62,417 bases of DNA, from the NCBI GenBank assembly GCA_964400165.1, contig CAYNSX010000009.1:1-62417 (forward strand), in the 5' to 3' direction. Shown one piece after another: positions 1 to 8,408 of this stretch (positions are counted from its first letter, which is position 1; every line of letters begins with the position of its first letter). The notes under the pieces are model-generated. The model did not search any database, was not told the origin of the DNA, and worked only from the letters and a program-made list of their open reading frames with translations. The stretch comes from an uncultured bacterium. GTDB lineage: Bacteria > Armatimonadota > Hebobacteria > CAYNSX01. The position numbers and the translations under genes were made by a program.

Positions 1-1604
1 AACTTCACCTCCTCCGCCCCCAGCAGCCAGAGCACGCCCGCATACACTGCCCCGCCCGCGGCGATGCACGCGGCAACCACCTTGCCTGCCGCCAGCGCCG
101 ACACTTCCGGCAGCACCGTCCGCGGGTCGGGTGCCACGATCCCGAACTGCGTCATCGGCACGCCGAAACGCTCGCTTAACGCCCGCGCCAGGAAGAACAC
201 CACCGCCCCCATCACCGCTGAGGCCACCAGACTGCGCAGCGCGGTCGCGGTCATGGCGCGCCCGCCGAGCAGTCCCGCGCGGCGGCGCAGCAAGGTGATT
301 GCCAACGCCAGTGTCACCAGTCCGCCCGCCGAAGTCGCCGCGGCCAGCGCGCCGTAGCGCATCGGCGTGTGCACCAGCAGGACAGTCACCCCCGCGGTCG
401 CGGCCAGGTACACCCCCGCGACGGTCGCCGGTGTCCACACATCCTTGAGCGCATAAAACCCGCGGCCAATCAATTGACTTAGCGACAGCACCACCAACGC
501 CGGCATATACCAGACCACCGCGAACGCGCTCGCCAGCGCCGCGCCGGTCCCGAACTTCCCGCCCTGCCACAGCAGGATGTTGATCGGCACCGCCAGGATC
601 GCCAGCCCCACCGCCGATGGGATGGTGAGCAGCGCAATCGCCCGCGTGCTGCGCGAGAACACGCCGGCGAAATCGTGCCCGCGCGCCTTCAGCGCTTCCG
701 CGGCCAGCGTCGGGAAGGTCGCCACCGCGATGCTCACCGCGAAGAGACTGAACGGCAACACCACCAGACGCGTCGCGTAGCGCAGCGTCGTCACGCCGCC
801 CTCGTACCGCGACCCGAACACCCCGGGCAGCCAGAACAGCACCAGATACGACAGCGCGGTTCCCACCATCACCGGCCCGAACCGCGCGAAATACACTTTG
901 ACTTTCGGCGCCAGCAGTGCGAACCGAATGCGCCACCGCATCCCCGCCCGGAGCAACGCCGGCAACTGCACCAGCACCATCAGCAGCGCGCCGATGACGA
1001 CTCCCAGCGATGCGCCCGCCAGCCCCCGATCGCCGGCCCCCGTCCGCGATCCCAGCCAGATGCCCGCGATGATGCCCAGGTTGTAGACCAGCCACGCCAC
1101 AGCGGGAACCGTGAACTGGCGGAACGAGTGCAGCACGCTCGTCGCCAGCGCCGACAGCGCCAGCAGCACCGGCTGCACCGCCACCAGCCGCGTGAAGAAC
1201 ACGCAGAGTTCGAACTCGTGCGTCCCCGGCGCCCAGGTCACCAGCAGCCGCACCACCCACGGCGCGAAGACGACGATCCCCAGCGCCAGCACCGCCACGA
1301 TGGCCCCGAGCGTGCCCGCCAGATCGCCGACGAGTTGCCATCCGGCTTCCTCGCCTTCCTTTTCCCGCGTTTCGAGGAACAGCGGCAGGAACGCCGCCGA
1401 CAGTGCGCCCCCCGCCACCACCGTGTACAAGAGGTCGGGCCCATTGAACGCCGCCCAGAACGCGTCGGTCGCGGTGGAGTTGCCGTAGAGATAGGCGATG
1501 CTCTTCTCGCGCAGATAGCCGAGGAGGCGGCTCGCAAACGACGCCGCCATGATGATCGTCGCCCCCGACGCGATCGTCTGCGCCCGAATCGAGGGAGTCT
1601 TCAC
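1..1604 (-). CDS. murJ: Lipid II flippase MurJ (MviN), 3' end runs off the window
   Basis: Not in the ORF track because it has no stop in the window. Manual translation from GTG at 1604 gives MKTPSIRAQTIASGATIIMAASFASRLLGYLREKSIAYLYGNSTATDAFWAAFNGPDLLYTVVAGGALSAAFLPLF, the typical MurJ N-terminus (SRLLGYLRE, DAF, GGALSAAFLP). The same frame is coding-like at position 3. Confidence 0.93.
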   Translation of the reverse strand, partial: MKTPSIRAQTIASGATIIMAASFASRLLGYLREKSIAYLYGNSTATDAFWAAFNGPDLLYTVVAGGALSAAFLPLFLETREKEGEEAGWQLVGDLAGTLGAIVAVLALGIVVFAPWVVRLLVTWAPGTHEFELCVFFTRLVAVQPVLLALSALATSVLHSFRQFTVPAVAWLVYNLGIIAGIWLGSRTGAGDRGLAGASLGVVIGALLMVLVQLPALLRAGMRWRIRFALLAPKVKVYFARFGPVMVGTALSYLVLFWLPGVFGSRYEGGVTTLRYATRLVVLPFSLFAVSIAVATFPTLAAEALKARGHDFAGVFSRSTRAIALLTIPSAVGLAILAVPINILLWQGGKFGTGAALASAFAVVWYMPALVVLSLSQLIGRGFYALKDVWTPATVAGVYLAATAGVTVLLVHTPMRYGALAAATSAGGLVTLALAITLLRRRAGLLGGRAMTATALRSLVASAVMGAVVFFLARALSERFGVPMTQFGIVAPDPRTVLPEVSALAAGKVVAACIAAGGAVYAGVLWLLGAEEVK

Positions 1605-1885
1605 AGCAAGTTCCCCCCTCTCCATGTATGGGGAGGGCCGAGGGGAGGGGTTGCTGTTGCCGCTGAAGCGTTCGTCAGCACGCGCACGGCGGCGATTATA
1701 CCGGCGGGCTGGGGGTACCGCCGGCCTCCAGGCCGGTGCAATTCATCTCACCCCTCTCCGCCTGTCGGAGAGGGGGCTGGGGGGAGAGGTCGTCGCAGGG
1801 CTTGCCGTGTCCCGGCACTGATGTGCCGGGCTGAATCACACTGACACTGCTGAAGGTCTTCCGCCCTCGACTGAAGTCGGGGCGG

Positions 1886-2041
1886 CCTCGTTTCCTCGTT
1901 TCCTTGTTTCCTCGCCGCTAATTACGCGGTCGCCCTCACCCGGCCTCGCTTCGCTCGGCCACCCTCTCCCGAATGGGAGAGGGACTACTCATCCACCCTG
2001 CCTGAATCGAACCTTGTTTCCTCATTTCCTCGTTTCCTCGC
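1886..2041. repeat. Two runs of the octamer (CCTCGTTT/CCTTGTTT)n flanking a palindromic REP-like element
   Basis: cctcgtttcctcgtttccttgtttcctcgccg at ~1886-1917 and ccttgtttcctcatttcctcgtttcctcgccg at ~2012-2043, with ccctctcccgaatgggagaggg between them. Confidence 0.8.
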
Positions 2042-2081
2042 CGTTGTCCGTTGCTGTCCCCCGTGCTACACTCCCCCGCCA

Positions 2082-2351
2082 ATGCCCAACACCGCCGCCG
2101 CCAAGAAAGCACTGCGCCAGTCGCTTGTGAACCGTGCGCGCAACCGCGCCGTGCGCACCCGCATGCGCAACGCGCTGAAGAAGGCGCGCCTGGCCCTCGC
2201 GGCCGGTGATGCCAACGCCGCACAACTGACCAAAGACGCCGCCGCGCTGCTCGACTGGTCGGTGAGCAAGGGCGCCGTCAAGCGCGGCGCCGCCGACCGC
2301 CGCAAGAGCCGCCTCGCCAAGCGCCTCAACGCCACCCGCGCAACCTCCTGA
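2082..2351 (+). CDS. rpsT: 30S ribosomal protein S20
   Basis: MPNTAAAKKALRQSLVNRARNRAVRTRMR...KGAVKRGAADRRKSRLAKRLN matches S20 in length and motifs. TGcTACACT lies 9 nt upstream of the ATG. Confidence 0.95.
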   Translation: MPNTAAAKKALRQSLVNRARNRAVRTRMRNALKKARLALAAGDANAAQLTKDAAALLDWSVSKGAVKRGAADRRKSRLAKRLNATRATS

Positions 2352-2382
2352 AACACGAAGCGCCCGTCTCCGGGCGCCCAGA

Positions 2383-2415
2383 CCTCGTTTCCTCGTTTCC
2401 TCGTTTCCTTGTTTC
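2383..2415. repeat. Octamer tandem repeat (CCTCGTTT)x4
   Basis: cctcgtttcctcgtttcctcgtttccttgtttc lies between the convergent rpsT and peptidase genes. Confidence 0.8.
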
Positions 2416-3522
2416 CTAGCCTCTGATCTCTTGGAGTTCTCGCGGCTTCTTCGCCTTCGATAACACTCGGCATCCCGTCTTCGTGACCAGACACAAATCC
2501 TCAATCCGCACGCCGCCCTTGCCCGCGACATAGACACCCGGCTCAATCGTCACTACCGACCCGACGGGCAGCACATTCGTCGAGAACCGCCCCAGCCCCG
2601 GCATCTCGTGCACATCGAGTCCGACGCCGTGCCCGGTCCCGTGCCCGAAGTAGCCGAGGCCCCAGCCGCGCCATTCGAGCGACTTGCGGGCCGCCGCGTC
2701 GACTGCCTTGCCGCGCTGGCCGCCGCGCAGTGCCTTCAGCGCCTTCGCCTGCGCTTCGTACACGGCGGCGTAGATGGCGCGCTGCCAGTCCGCCGCCTTG
2801 CCGACGCACACCGTCCGCGTCAGGTCGGCGCAATAGCCGCGCACCCGGGCGCCGAGGTCGAAGGTCACCAGGTCGCCGCGGCGGATGCGCCGCTCCGACG
2901 GCCGCGCGTGCGGCAGCGCCGAATGCGGGCCCGACGCCACGATCGGCGGGAACGCCAGCCCGTCGGCGCCCTGCCGGTGCATGAACGCCTCGATCTCAAA
3001 GCCCAGTTGCCGCTCGGTGATGCCCGGCTTCAGCCGCCGCACGGCGAACGCGCAGGCGGCGTCCGTGATGGCCGCCGCCTCGCGGATGGCGCGCAGTTCC
3101 TGCGCGTCCTTCACCTGCCGCAGTTTCTCCACTTCCATCGTCGTCGCGGCGAGCGTGACCCGCCCCGCCCGCTTCTTCAAGTCCACGAACTGCGCCTGCG
3201 TGACATGCGCCCCCTCGACCGCCACACCCTTTGCCTTCACCGCCTTGATGGCCGTGGCCGCGCCGGCAATCAACCCGCGCGCGCTTTCCAGATACTCGAA
3301 CCCGGGACACTGCTCGGCAATCTGCGTGCGATAGCGGAAGTCGCTGATGATGACCGCCGCGTCGCGGGTGATGAAGAGCGCGCCTGCCGACCCGGTGTAG
3401 CTCGACAGCCAGCGGACATTCGACGGCCCCGTCACCACCATCCCCGTCGCCTTGAGCCGCGGCAGCCGCTGCTGCAGCGACGCGACGCGCTGCCGGAACG
3501 GCGCCTGGATGCTGCGCGCCAT
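2416..3522 (-). CDS. Xaa-Pro aminopeptidase/dipeptidase, M24B family
   Basis: Creatinase N-domain followed by metal-ligand motifs DLGA..GYCADLTRT, HGTGHGVGLDVHE, TIEPGVY and GGVRIED. Confidence 0.93.
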   Translation of the reverse strand: MARSIQAPFRQRVASLQQRLPRLKATGMVVTGPSNVRWLSSYTGSAGALFITRDAAVIISDFRYRTQIAEQCPGFEYLESARGLIAGAATAIKAVKAKGVAVEGAHVTQAQFVDLKKRAGRVTLAATTMEVEKLRQVKDAQELRAIREAAAITDAACAFAVRRLKPGITERQLGFEIEAFMHRQGADGLAFPPIVASGPHSALPHARPSERRIRRGDLVTFDLGARVRGYCADLTRTVCVGKAADWQRAIYAAVYEAQAKALKALRGGQRGKAVDAAARKSLEWRGWGLGYFGHGTGHGVGLDVHEMPGLGRFSTNVLPVGSVVTIEPGVYVAGKGGVRIEDLCLVTKTGCRVLSKAKKPRELQEIRG

Positions 3523-3968
3523 CAGGCCATTTCCGCCCGCAAGTGGTTCACCAATCCTTGCAATGCCAGCAGATACGAATCCGCGCCCAGCCCCGCCACG
3601 ACCGCCAGCACCGCCGACGCGGTGACAGACACCCGCCGGAACGGTTCGCGCGCCGCGGGATTGCTCAAGTGCACCTCGACCGTCGGCAGCCGCACGCTGG
3701 TCAGCGCGTCACGCAGCGCGATGCTGTAATGCGTCAACCCGCCCGGGTTGATCAGGATGCCGTCGGCCCAGCCGAGCGCCTGGTGAATGGCGTCGATCAG
3801 CGCGCCCTCGTGGTTCGATTGCACGATGCGCACCTCGGCGCCGAGCCGCTGCGCCTCGTCGGTCAGGCGGCGGTTCAGCGCGTCCAGCGTGCCGGTGCCA
3901 TAGACCTCCGGCTCGCGGGTGCCGAGCAAGTTCAGGTTGGGGCCGTGCAGGATGAGGATGCGGGGCAT
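3522..3968 (-). CDS. aroQ: Type II 3-dehydroquinate dehydratase
   Basis: From ATG 3968: ILHGPNLNLLGTREPEVYG, QSNHEGALID, INPGGLTHYS, VEVHLSN..REPFR. Confidence 0.96.
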   Translation of the reverse strand: MPRILILHGPNLNLLGTREPEVYGTGTLDALNRRLTDEAQRLGAEVRIVQSNHEGALIDAIHQALGWADGILINPGGLTHYSIALRDALTSVRLPTVEVHLSNPAAREPFRRVSVTASAVLAVVAGLGADSYLLALQGLVNHLRAEMA

Positions 3969-4089
3969 TCGGGCCTCTTGGCGGGCGATTGTAGCATGAC
4001 CCCTGGAACGGCTCGTGGGCGCCCGGTTGGGCGCCCACGAGAGTGAGGAACTGCGTGTTGTCGTTTGCGGGTTGCGAGAGGGAGGAGGG

Positions 4090-5703
4090 CTACTGCGCTC
4101 GCCGCCAGGAAACCGATGCATACTGCGCCCGGACAAATCCGGGGAAGTGCGCCGCATCCCACACCGAGGAGTAGGTCACCTCGAACGACCCGCTCAAGGC
4201 CTCGAGGGTTTCGGCGATGACAGCGCCGGTCACAGTGGCATTGCCTTCGACATGCACCGTGCCTTGCGAGTAAATGAGCGCGGTGGAGACATTCGAGTTG
4301 CCCGCCATCGTGACATCACCCATCGCCAGGATGGCGACTTTGTCCACGCTCGGGTCGGTCAATTCCACGCCACCGGTGATGCGGACTTCGCCGCTCACCA
4401 CGAAAGTGTAGGAGCCGCAGTACTGGCCCGAGATGTCCAGGTCGCCGTTCACATAGATGATCCCGCTCGAGACTGGCAGCGTGAATCCGCCATTGCCGCC
4501 GCCGCCACCACCGTCACTGGGCGGCGGGGCCGGTGGCGGAGTGCTGCCACCGCCGCCATTCCCGTTGTTATTGCCGGGAATGCCGTCTCCGGGCGTGGCG
4601 TTGCCGCCGCTGCCACCGGAGCCCCAGCCATTGCCGCCTCTAGCAGTCAACTGGAACGACCAGGGCTGTGCGTCATTGGCCGGTGTGATCATTCCAAAGC
4701 CGTGCGAACGCACGGCCGGCGTCACGCTGCGCGCCAGCACGGTCTGCGGACCCGGCAAGGTCGCGGTCAGGCCGCCTCGGGTCAGGCCGGAGGCCAGGCG
4801 CGCCGCGCCGGACTCCCCCGGCGCGTTCAGCGCCACGACGCCGCACTGGCCGGTCATGTGCAGGTCGCCTTCGTGCACATAGTCGGCATTGTCGATGTAA
4901 TACTGCGGGTCAATCACCGGCATGCTCATCCGAGCGACATCCTCAAAAATGTTGGCCGGCGGAATGCTGCCCGGCGCGTTATTGATCTGGCCGGTCGCAT
5001 ACAAGTGCGCCGTCGCCTCGAAGTCCGCCGAACCGCTGTTGAAGTTGATGTTGCCGTTCGCGTACGCCTGGTCGCCGATGCCGTTCCCGTCCGGGTTCAC
5101 GGTGACGCCGCCGTTGAAGGTCATCGAGTTATTCGACCACAGCGCCCCTTCCCAGAGGTTGTCGACATTCACCAGCACCTTGGCGACGACATAGACATGC
5201 CCGCGCTTGGCCGTTTCCGGCGCCGACGCGTACGCCGGCGTCATCAGGCCCCACCGGCCTGGGTTGAGCCAGGTCAGCGTCCCGTCCGAGAGCACATTGT
5301 CATCGTGCGGCGACACATACGACCGGGCGTCCACCATCACGCCGTACTGCACATTCAAGTACGGGTGCGTGGCCTGCACCCAGATGCGGCCCCAGTCGGT
5401 GTCCATGTTGAACGGCCCCGCCGACCCGTTGGCCAGGAGCGAGCCCGCCGCGTCGTAGTAGTCGTCGTAGAGCAGGTCGAGCATCAACTCGGCCCCGCCC
5501 TCGGCCAGCGCCAGCGACTGCACTTCATTGCGATAGCGCGTCGCGTCGAGCAGACTGGTTGCGGCGCTCTGCAAATACGACATCCCGAGCGTCAGCAGGA
5601 CGAAAGTCGACACCAAGGCCATAGGCAGCACGAATCCGCGCTGCCCGCGGCGCGCGCGCCGCGGACGGTCGCCCACCACTGCAGTACCCCTCCGAGTCAA
5701 CAT
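4090..5703 (-). CDS. PilX-like minor pilin / pilus-associated protein with a large C-terminal beta-rich domain
   Basis: Class III-like signal RGQRG|FVLPMALV lacking E5, followed by QSLALAEGGAE as in PilX N-termini. It has a Gly/Pro-rich internal linker and is the last gene of the pilin cluster. AAAGGAG precedes the ATG. Confidence 0.7.
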   Translation of the reverse strand: MLTRRGTAVVGDRPRRARRGQRGFVLPMALVSTFVLLTLGMSYLQSAATSLLDATRYRNEVQSLALAEGGAELMLDLLYDDYYDAAGSLLANGSAGPFNMDTDWGRIWVQATHPYLNVQYGVMVDARSYVSPHDDNVLSDGTLTWLNPGRWGLMTPAYASAPETAKRGHVYVVAKVLVNVDNLWEGALWSNNSMTFNGGVTVNPDGNGIGDQAYANGNINFNSGSADFEATAHLYATGQINNAPGSIPPANIFEDVARMSMPVIDPQYYIDNADYVHEGDLHMTGQCGVVALNAPGESGAARLASGLTRGGLTATLPGPQTVLARSVTPAVRSHGFGMITPANDAQPWSFQLTARGGNGWGSGGSGGNATPGDGIPGNNNGNGGGGSTPPPAPPPSDGGGGGGNGGFTLPVSSGIIYVNGDLDISGQYCGSYTFVVSGEVRITGGVELTDPSVDKVAILAMGDVTMAGNSNVSTALIYSQGTVHVEGNATVTGAVIAETLEALSGSFEVTYSSVWDAAHFPGFVRAQYASVSWRRAQ

Positions 5704-6041
5704 TCCAGGACTCCTTTGTATGCGTGTGTGCGGTCCATCAGCGGGCCCCCACCGAGGTCCCGAGCGTCCAAGCGTTCACACTCCATTGTTCCATCCGGCG
5801 CCCCAGTGTCTGATACGCGCGCCGTACATCCGTGGGCCGGGGCCGTGGTGAATTGCGGACACGATTCGCGCCCGCGATGCAGACCGCGTGAACGGCGTGG
5901 AAGGAAGTGGATTCCCAATGGGACAGACGACCGCGAATTTGTCGGCGCACCGCGCCGCCGGCCATCTCCTCGCTCGCCGCATCCCCCCCGGGCTGGTTGC
6001 CGAAAGGCATGCGTTACGCTCCGTGGCGGACCCGCGTCGGT

Positions 6042-6683
6042 TCAGCGGTTCCGCAGCATGAACCAGTCTGACATCGTAATGGTCGAAGTGTTCGGCCCCA
6101 CCTTCGCCGACACCGTCAGCGTCATTTCGACTGCGCGGCCGGTCTCGAACACGGGCCAGTACTTGATGAACGGCTTCGGCGCGCCGGTCGCCGGATCGTC
6201 CGGGTTGGTCAGGACGCTGTCGGCCAATTGCCGCGTCTCGATCACATTCCCGTCGGAGTCCAGCGTCTGCCGCCACACATAGGTCCCGTCATCGGCGGCG
6301 GCGCCGTCCGCATCGCCCAGGAAGTACTCGACGAATCCGCCCTTTTCCAGAAACAACTCGCCGGCCTCGTCGATCGCCACCACATTCATCCGCGTGCCGA
6401 GGTCGGCATCCCATGAGATTTCGGGGACTCGCGCTTCCACCCAGGTGTCGCTGAAGTCCACTACTTGCATCGTGGTGCGGAAGTCATCGGTGGCCCGGGT
6501 CAGCACCCACGCCGCTTTCTGCTTGGCCAGGTCTTCGGCCGAGCCCTTGTTCCAAAGTTTGAGCGTCGACACATAGAGCGAGCCGATCGCCCCCACAATC
6601 AGGGCGATAATCGCCGACGCCACCAGCATCTCGATGAGCGTGATGCCCCGGCGTCGTGCCGCCAAGCGCATGCGAGTCGTCAT
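6042..6683 (-). CDS. Prepilin-type minor pilin (PilW/GspJ-like)
   Basis: MTTRMRLAARRRG|ITLIEMLVASAII is a prepilin cleavage/methylation motif. The start overlaps the stop of the preceding pilin gene. Confidence 0.85.
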   Translation of the reverse strand: MTTRMRLAARRRGITLIEMLVASAIIALIVGAIGSLYVSTLKLWNKGSAEDLAKQKAAWVLTRATDDFRTTMQVVDFSDTWVEARVPEISWDADLGTRMNVVAIDEAGELFLEKGGFVEYFLGDADGAAADDGTYVWRQTLDSDGNVIETRQLADSVLTNPDDPATGAPKPFIKYWPVFETGRAVEMTLTVSAKVGPNTSTITMSDWFMLRNR

Positions 6684-7162
6684 GGCCGGTTCGCAATCAG
6701 CGTGGCCAATTCCACATGGCCGCGCGTCTGGCTCGAGCCGCCCCAATCGATGGAAATCACTGCGGTCTTCAAGTTCGGAAAGATGCCGATCGGGCTGTCG
6801 TAGTAGTTGATTTCAATGGTGCCTTCGCCCTCCGGCAGGTCCGACACCGTAAAGCCGACGGTTCCGGTCTTATTGTCATTGGCCTGGATGATGGTGTAGT
6901 CCGCTTCCGGGAAGTGCGTCGTGTCCACGGTGGCGTTGACATACCCCAGCGCCCGGATGCGCTCCAACTGCCGCTCCGCGGCGCTCGTCGCCAGGGTCAT
7001 TCGTTCCGCCTTCCGGCTCGTCACCAGGCCGGTGATGACCAGCGCGCTGACCCCCACCAGCCCGATGCCGATCACCAATGCCGCGACGAGGATCTCCACC
7101 AGGGAGATGCCCCGTCGTCCTCGCTGCCTCGCCATCGGTTCGCGGTGACTGTGGTTCATCAT
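6680..7162 (-). CDS. Prepilin-type minor pilin (PilV/GspI-like)
   Basis: RGRRG|ISLVEILVAALVIGIGLVG motif. The start is either 7162 or 7135. Confidence 0.85.
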   Translation of the reverse strand: MMNHSHREPMARQRGRRGISLVEILVAALVIGIGLVGVSALVITGLVTSRKAERMTLATSAAERQLERIRALGYVNATVDTTHFPEADYTIIQANDNKTGTVGFTVSDLPEGEGTIEINYYDSPIGIFPNLKTAVISIDWGGSSQTRGHVELATLIANRP

Positions 7163-7273
7163 GCTCAAGCCTCTCATCTCTCGCCTCGCACCAGTGTCTG
7201 CAAATCTCTCATGCGTGGTGCGCAGTGGGGACAGCGTCCAGCGGACGCTGTCCCCCCGCACATCATCAACTTC

Positions 7274-7723
7274 TTACCAGGTGGTGTAGTCGGTGCCGTC
7301 GAGCCCGGTGAGGGTCGAGGCGCTGTGGACATCCCCACTGGCGTTGTCGTAGGTCCAGTCCGCGGCCGCCGTGAACGGGTCGTTCGGCAGCAGGTTGGTC
7401 GCCGTGCGCAGGTATGGACCCTGGTAGCCATTGCGGTCGACCGAGAAGCCGCGACCGTCCGCGTCGGCGCTGATCGACGCGCCGTCGGCAGCCATGACAT
7501 CGGTCAGGTCGGGCGGATACGCACCCGTGTCGGCCTCAAAGTGCTGGATCGAGGTCCGCAACTGGCGCAGGTCCGCGCGCAACGAAGACTCACGAGCCTT
7601 GCGGCCCGCACCGAGCAGTCTCGGAATCACGATGAGCGCCAGGATCGCGATCACGACGATCACGATCAGCATTTCGATCAAGGTGAAACCGTGACGGCGG
7701 CGTGCACACCGTGCCATCAACAT
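7274..7723 (-). CDS. Major pilin / GspG-like pseudopilin, copy 1
   Basis: RRRHG|FTLIEMLIVIVVIAILALIVIPR, FEADTGAYP and GPYL...LLPNDPF. GGAGG RBS upstream. Confidence 0.88.
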   Translation of the reverse strand: MLMARCARRRHGFTLIEMLIVIVVIAILALIVIPRLLGAGRKARESSLRADLRQLRTSIQHFEADTGAYPPDLTDVMAADGASISADADGRGFSVDRNGYQGPYLRTATNLLPNDPFTAAADWTYDNASGDVHSASTLTGLDGTDYTTW

Positions 7724-7825
7724 GCTTTCGCTACCTCCATTTCAGAGTCACTTGCAGTTGGCCGCGTCTCGCGCGGCACTCCGTTGTTCCACAATCCGGT
7801 CCCCGCCTGCACACCCGAGTTTCGC

Positions 7826-8296
7826 CTACCATTCCGAGTAGAAAGAGCCGTCCGTGGCTCGCAGCACCGAGGACGAGCGCACCGCCCCTGTTACATTGCT
7901 GTAATCCCAATCGACCGCTTTGGTAATCGCGTCCTTCGGCAGCAGGTCGTCGCCCGTGGTCATATACGGCCCGTGATAGCCGTCCTTGTCCACGCTGATG
8001 TTCCGGCCGTCGGCGTCGGCGCTGATGTTGACAGCGCTCGCCGCCATCAGGTCGGCCAGCGCCGGCGGGTAAGCCCCCGTGTCCGCCTCAAACCGCTGGA
8101 TGGCCGTCCGCAGCTCGTGCAGGTCGCCCCGCAGCGCGGCCTCTCGGGACTTGGTGGACGCCCCGATGAACCGCGGAATGACGATCAGGGCAATCAGTGT
8201 GATGAGGACCACGACCAGCAGGGCTTCAATCAGTGTGAAGCCCCGTCCGGCGCGTCGCAGTGCCCCCAAGCGATGAGTCCGTTGATAGTCCGGCAT
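7826..8296 (-). CDS. Major pilin / GspG-like pseudopilin, copy 2 (paralogue)
   Basis: From ATG 8296: AGRG|FTLIEALLVVVLITLIALIVIPR, FEADTGAYP, ISADADGR, GPYM. It aligns end to end with 7274-7723. Confidence 0.85.
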   Translation of the reverse strand: MPDYQRTHRLGALRRAGRGFTLIEALLVVVLITLIALIVIPRFIGASTKSREAALRGDLHELRTAIQRFEADTGAYPPALADLMAASAVNISADADGRNISVDKDGYHGPYMTTGDDLLPKDAITKAVDWDYSNVTGAVRSSSVLRATDGSFYSEW

Positions 8297-8408
8297 CGTC
8301 AGTTGTCCTCGCCCTGTTCGTCCGCCCTGCTTGTGGGGTTCTTCCATACGGCCCCGGCGGGTGTGAGGGGAGAATTCCGGCTCGTGGTCCGGGCGTCCGG
8401 CGTGACCG

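Noticed and set aside
675..1844. 389-aa plus-strand ORF and the many other long antisense or alternate-frame ORFs (e.g. 4015-6282, 6656-8698, 40349-42358, 48198-49967)
   Set aside because: They are shadows of well-supported genes on the opposite strand, are Arg/Pro-rich and carry no motifs. This is expected in high-GC DNA.
5704..6041. Possible second riboswitch or small ORF in the 340-bp gap before the PilX-like gene
   Set aside because: No GEMM or other recognisable aptamer core on either strand. The small ORFs lack codon or motif support.
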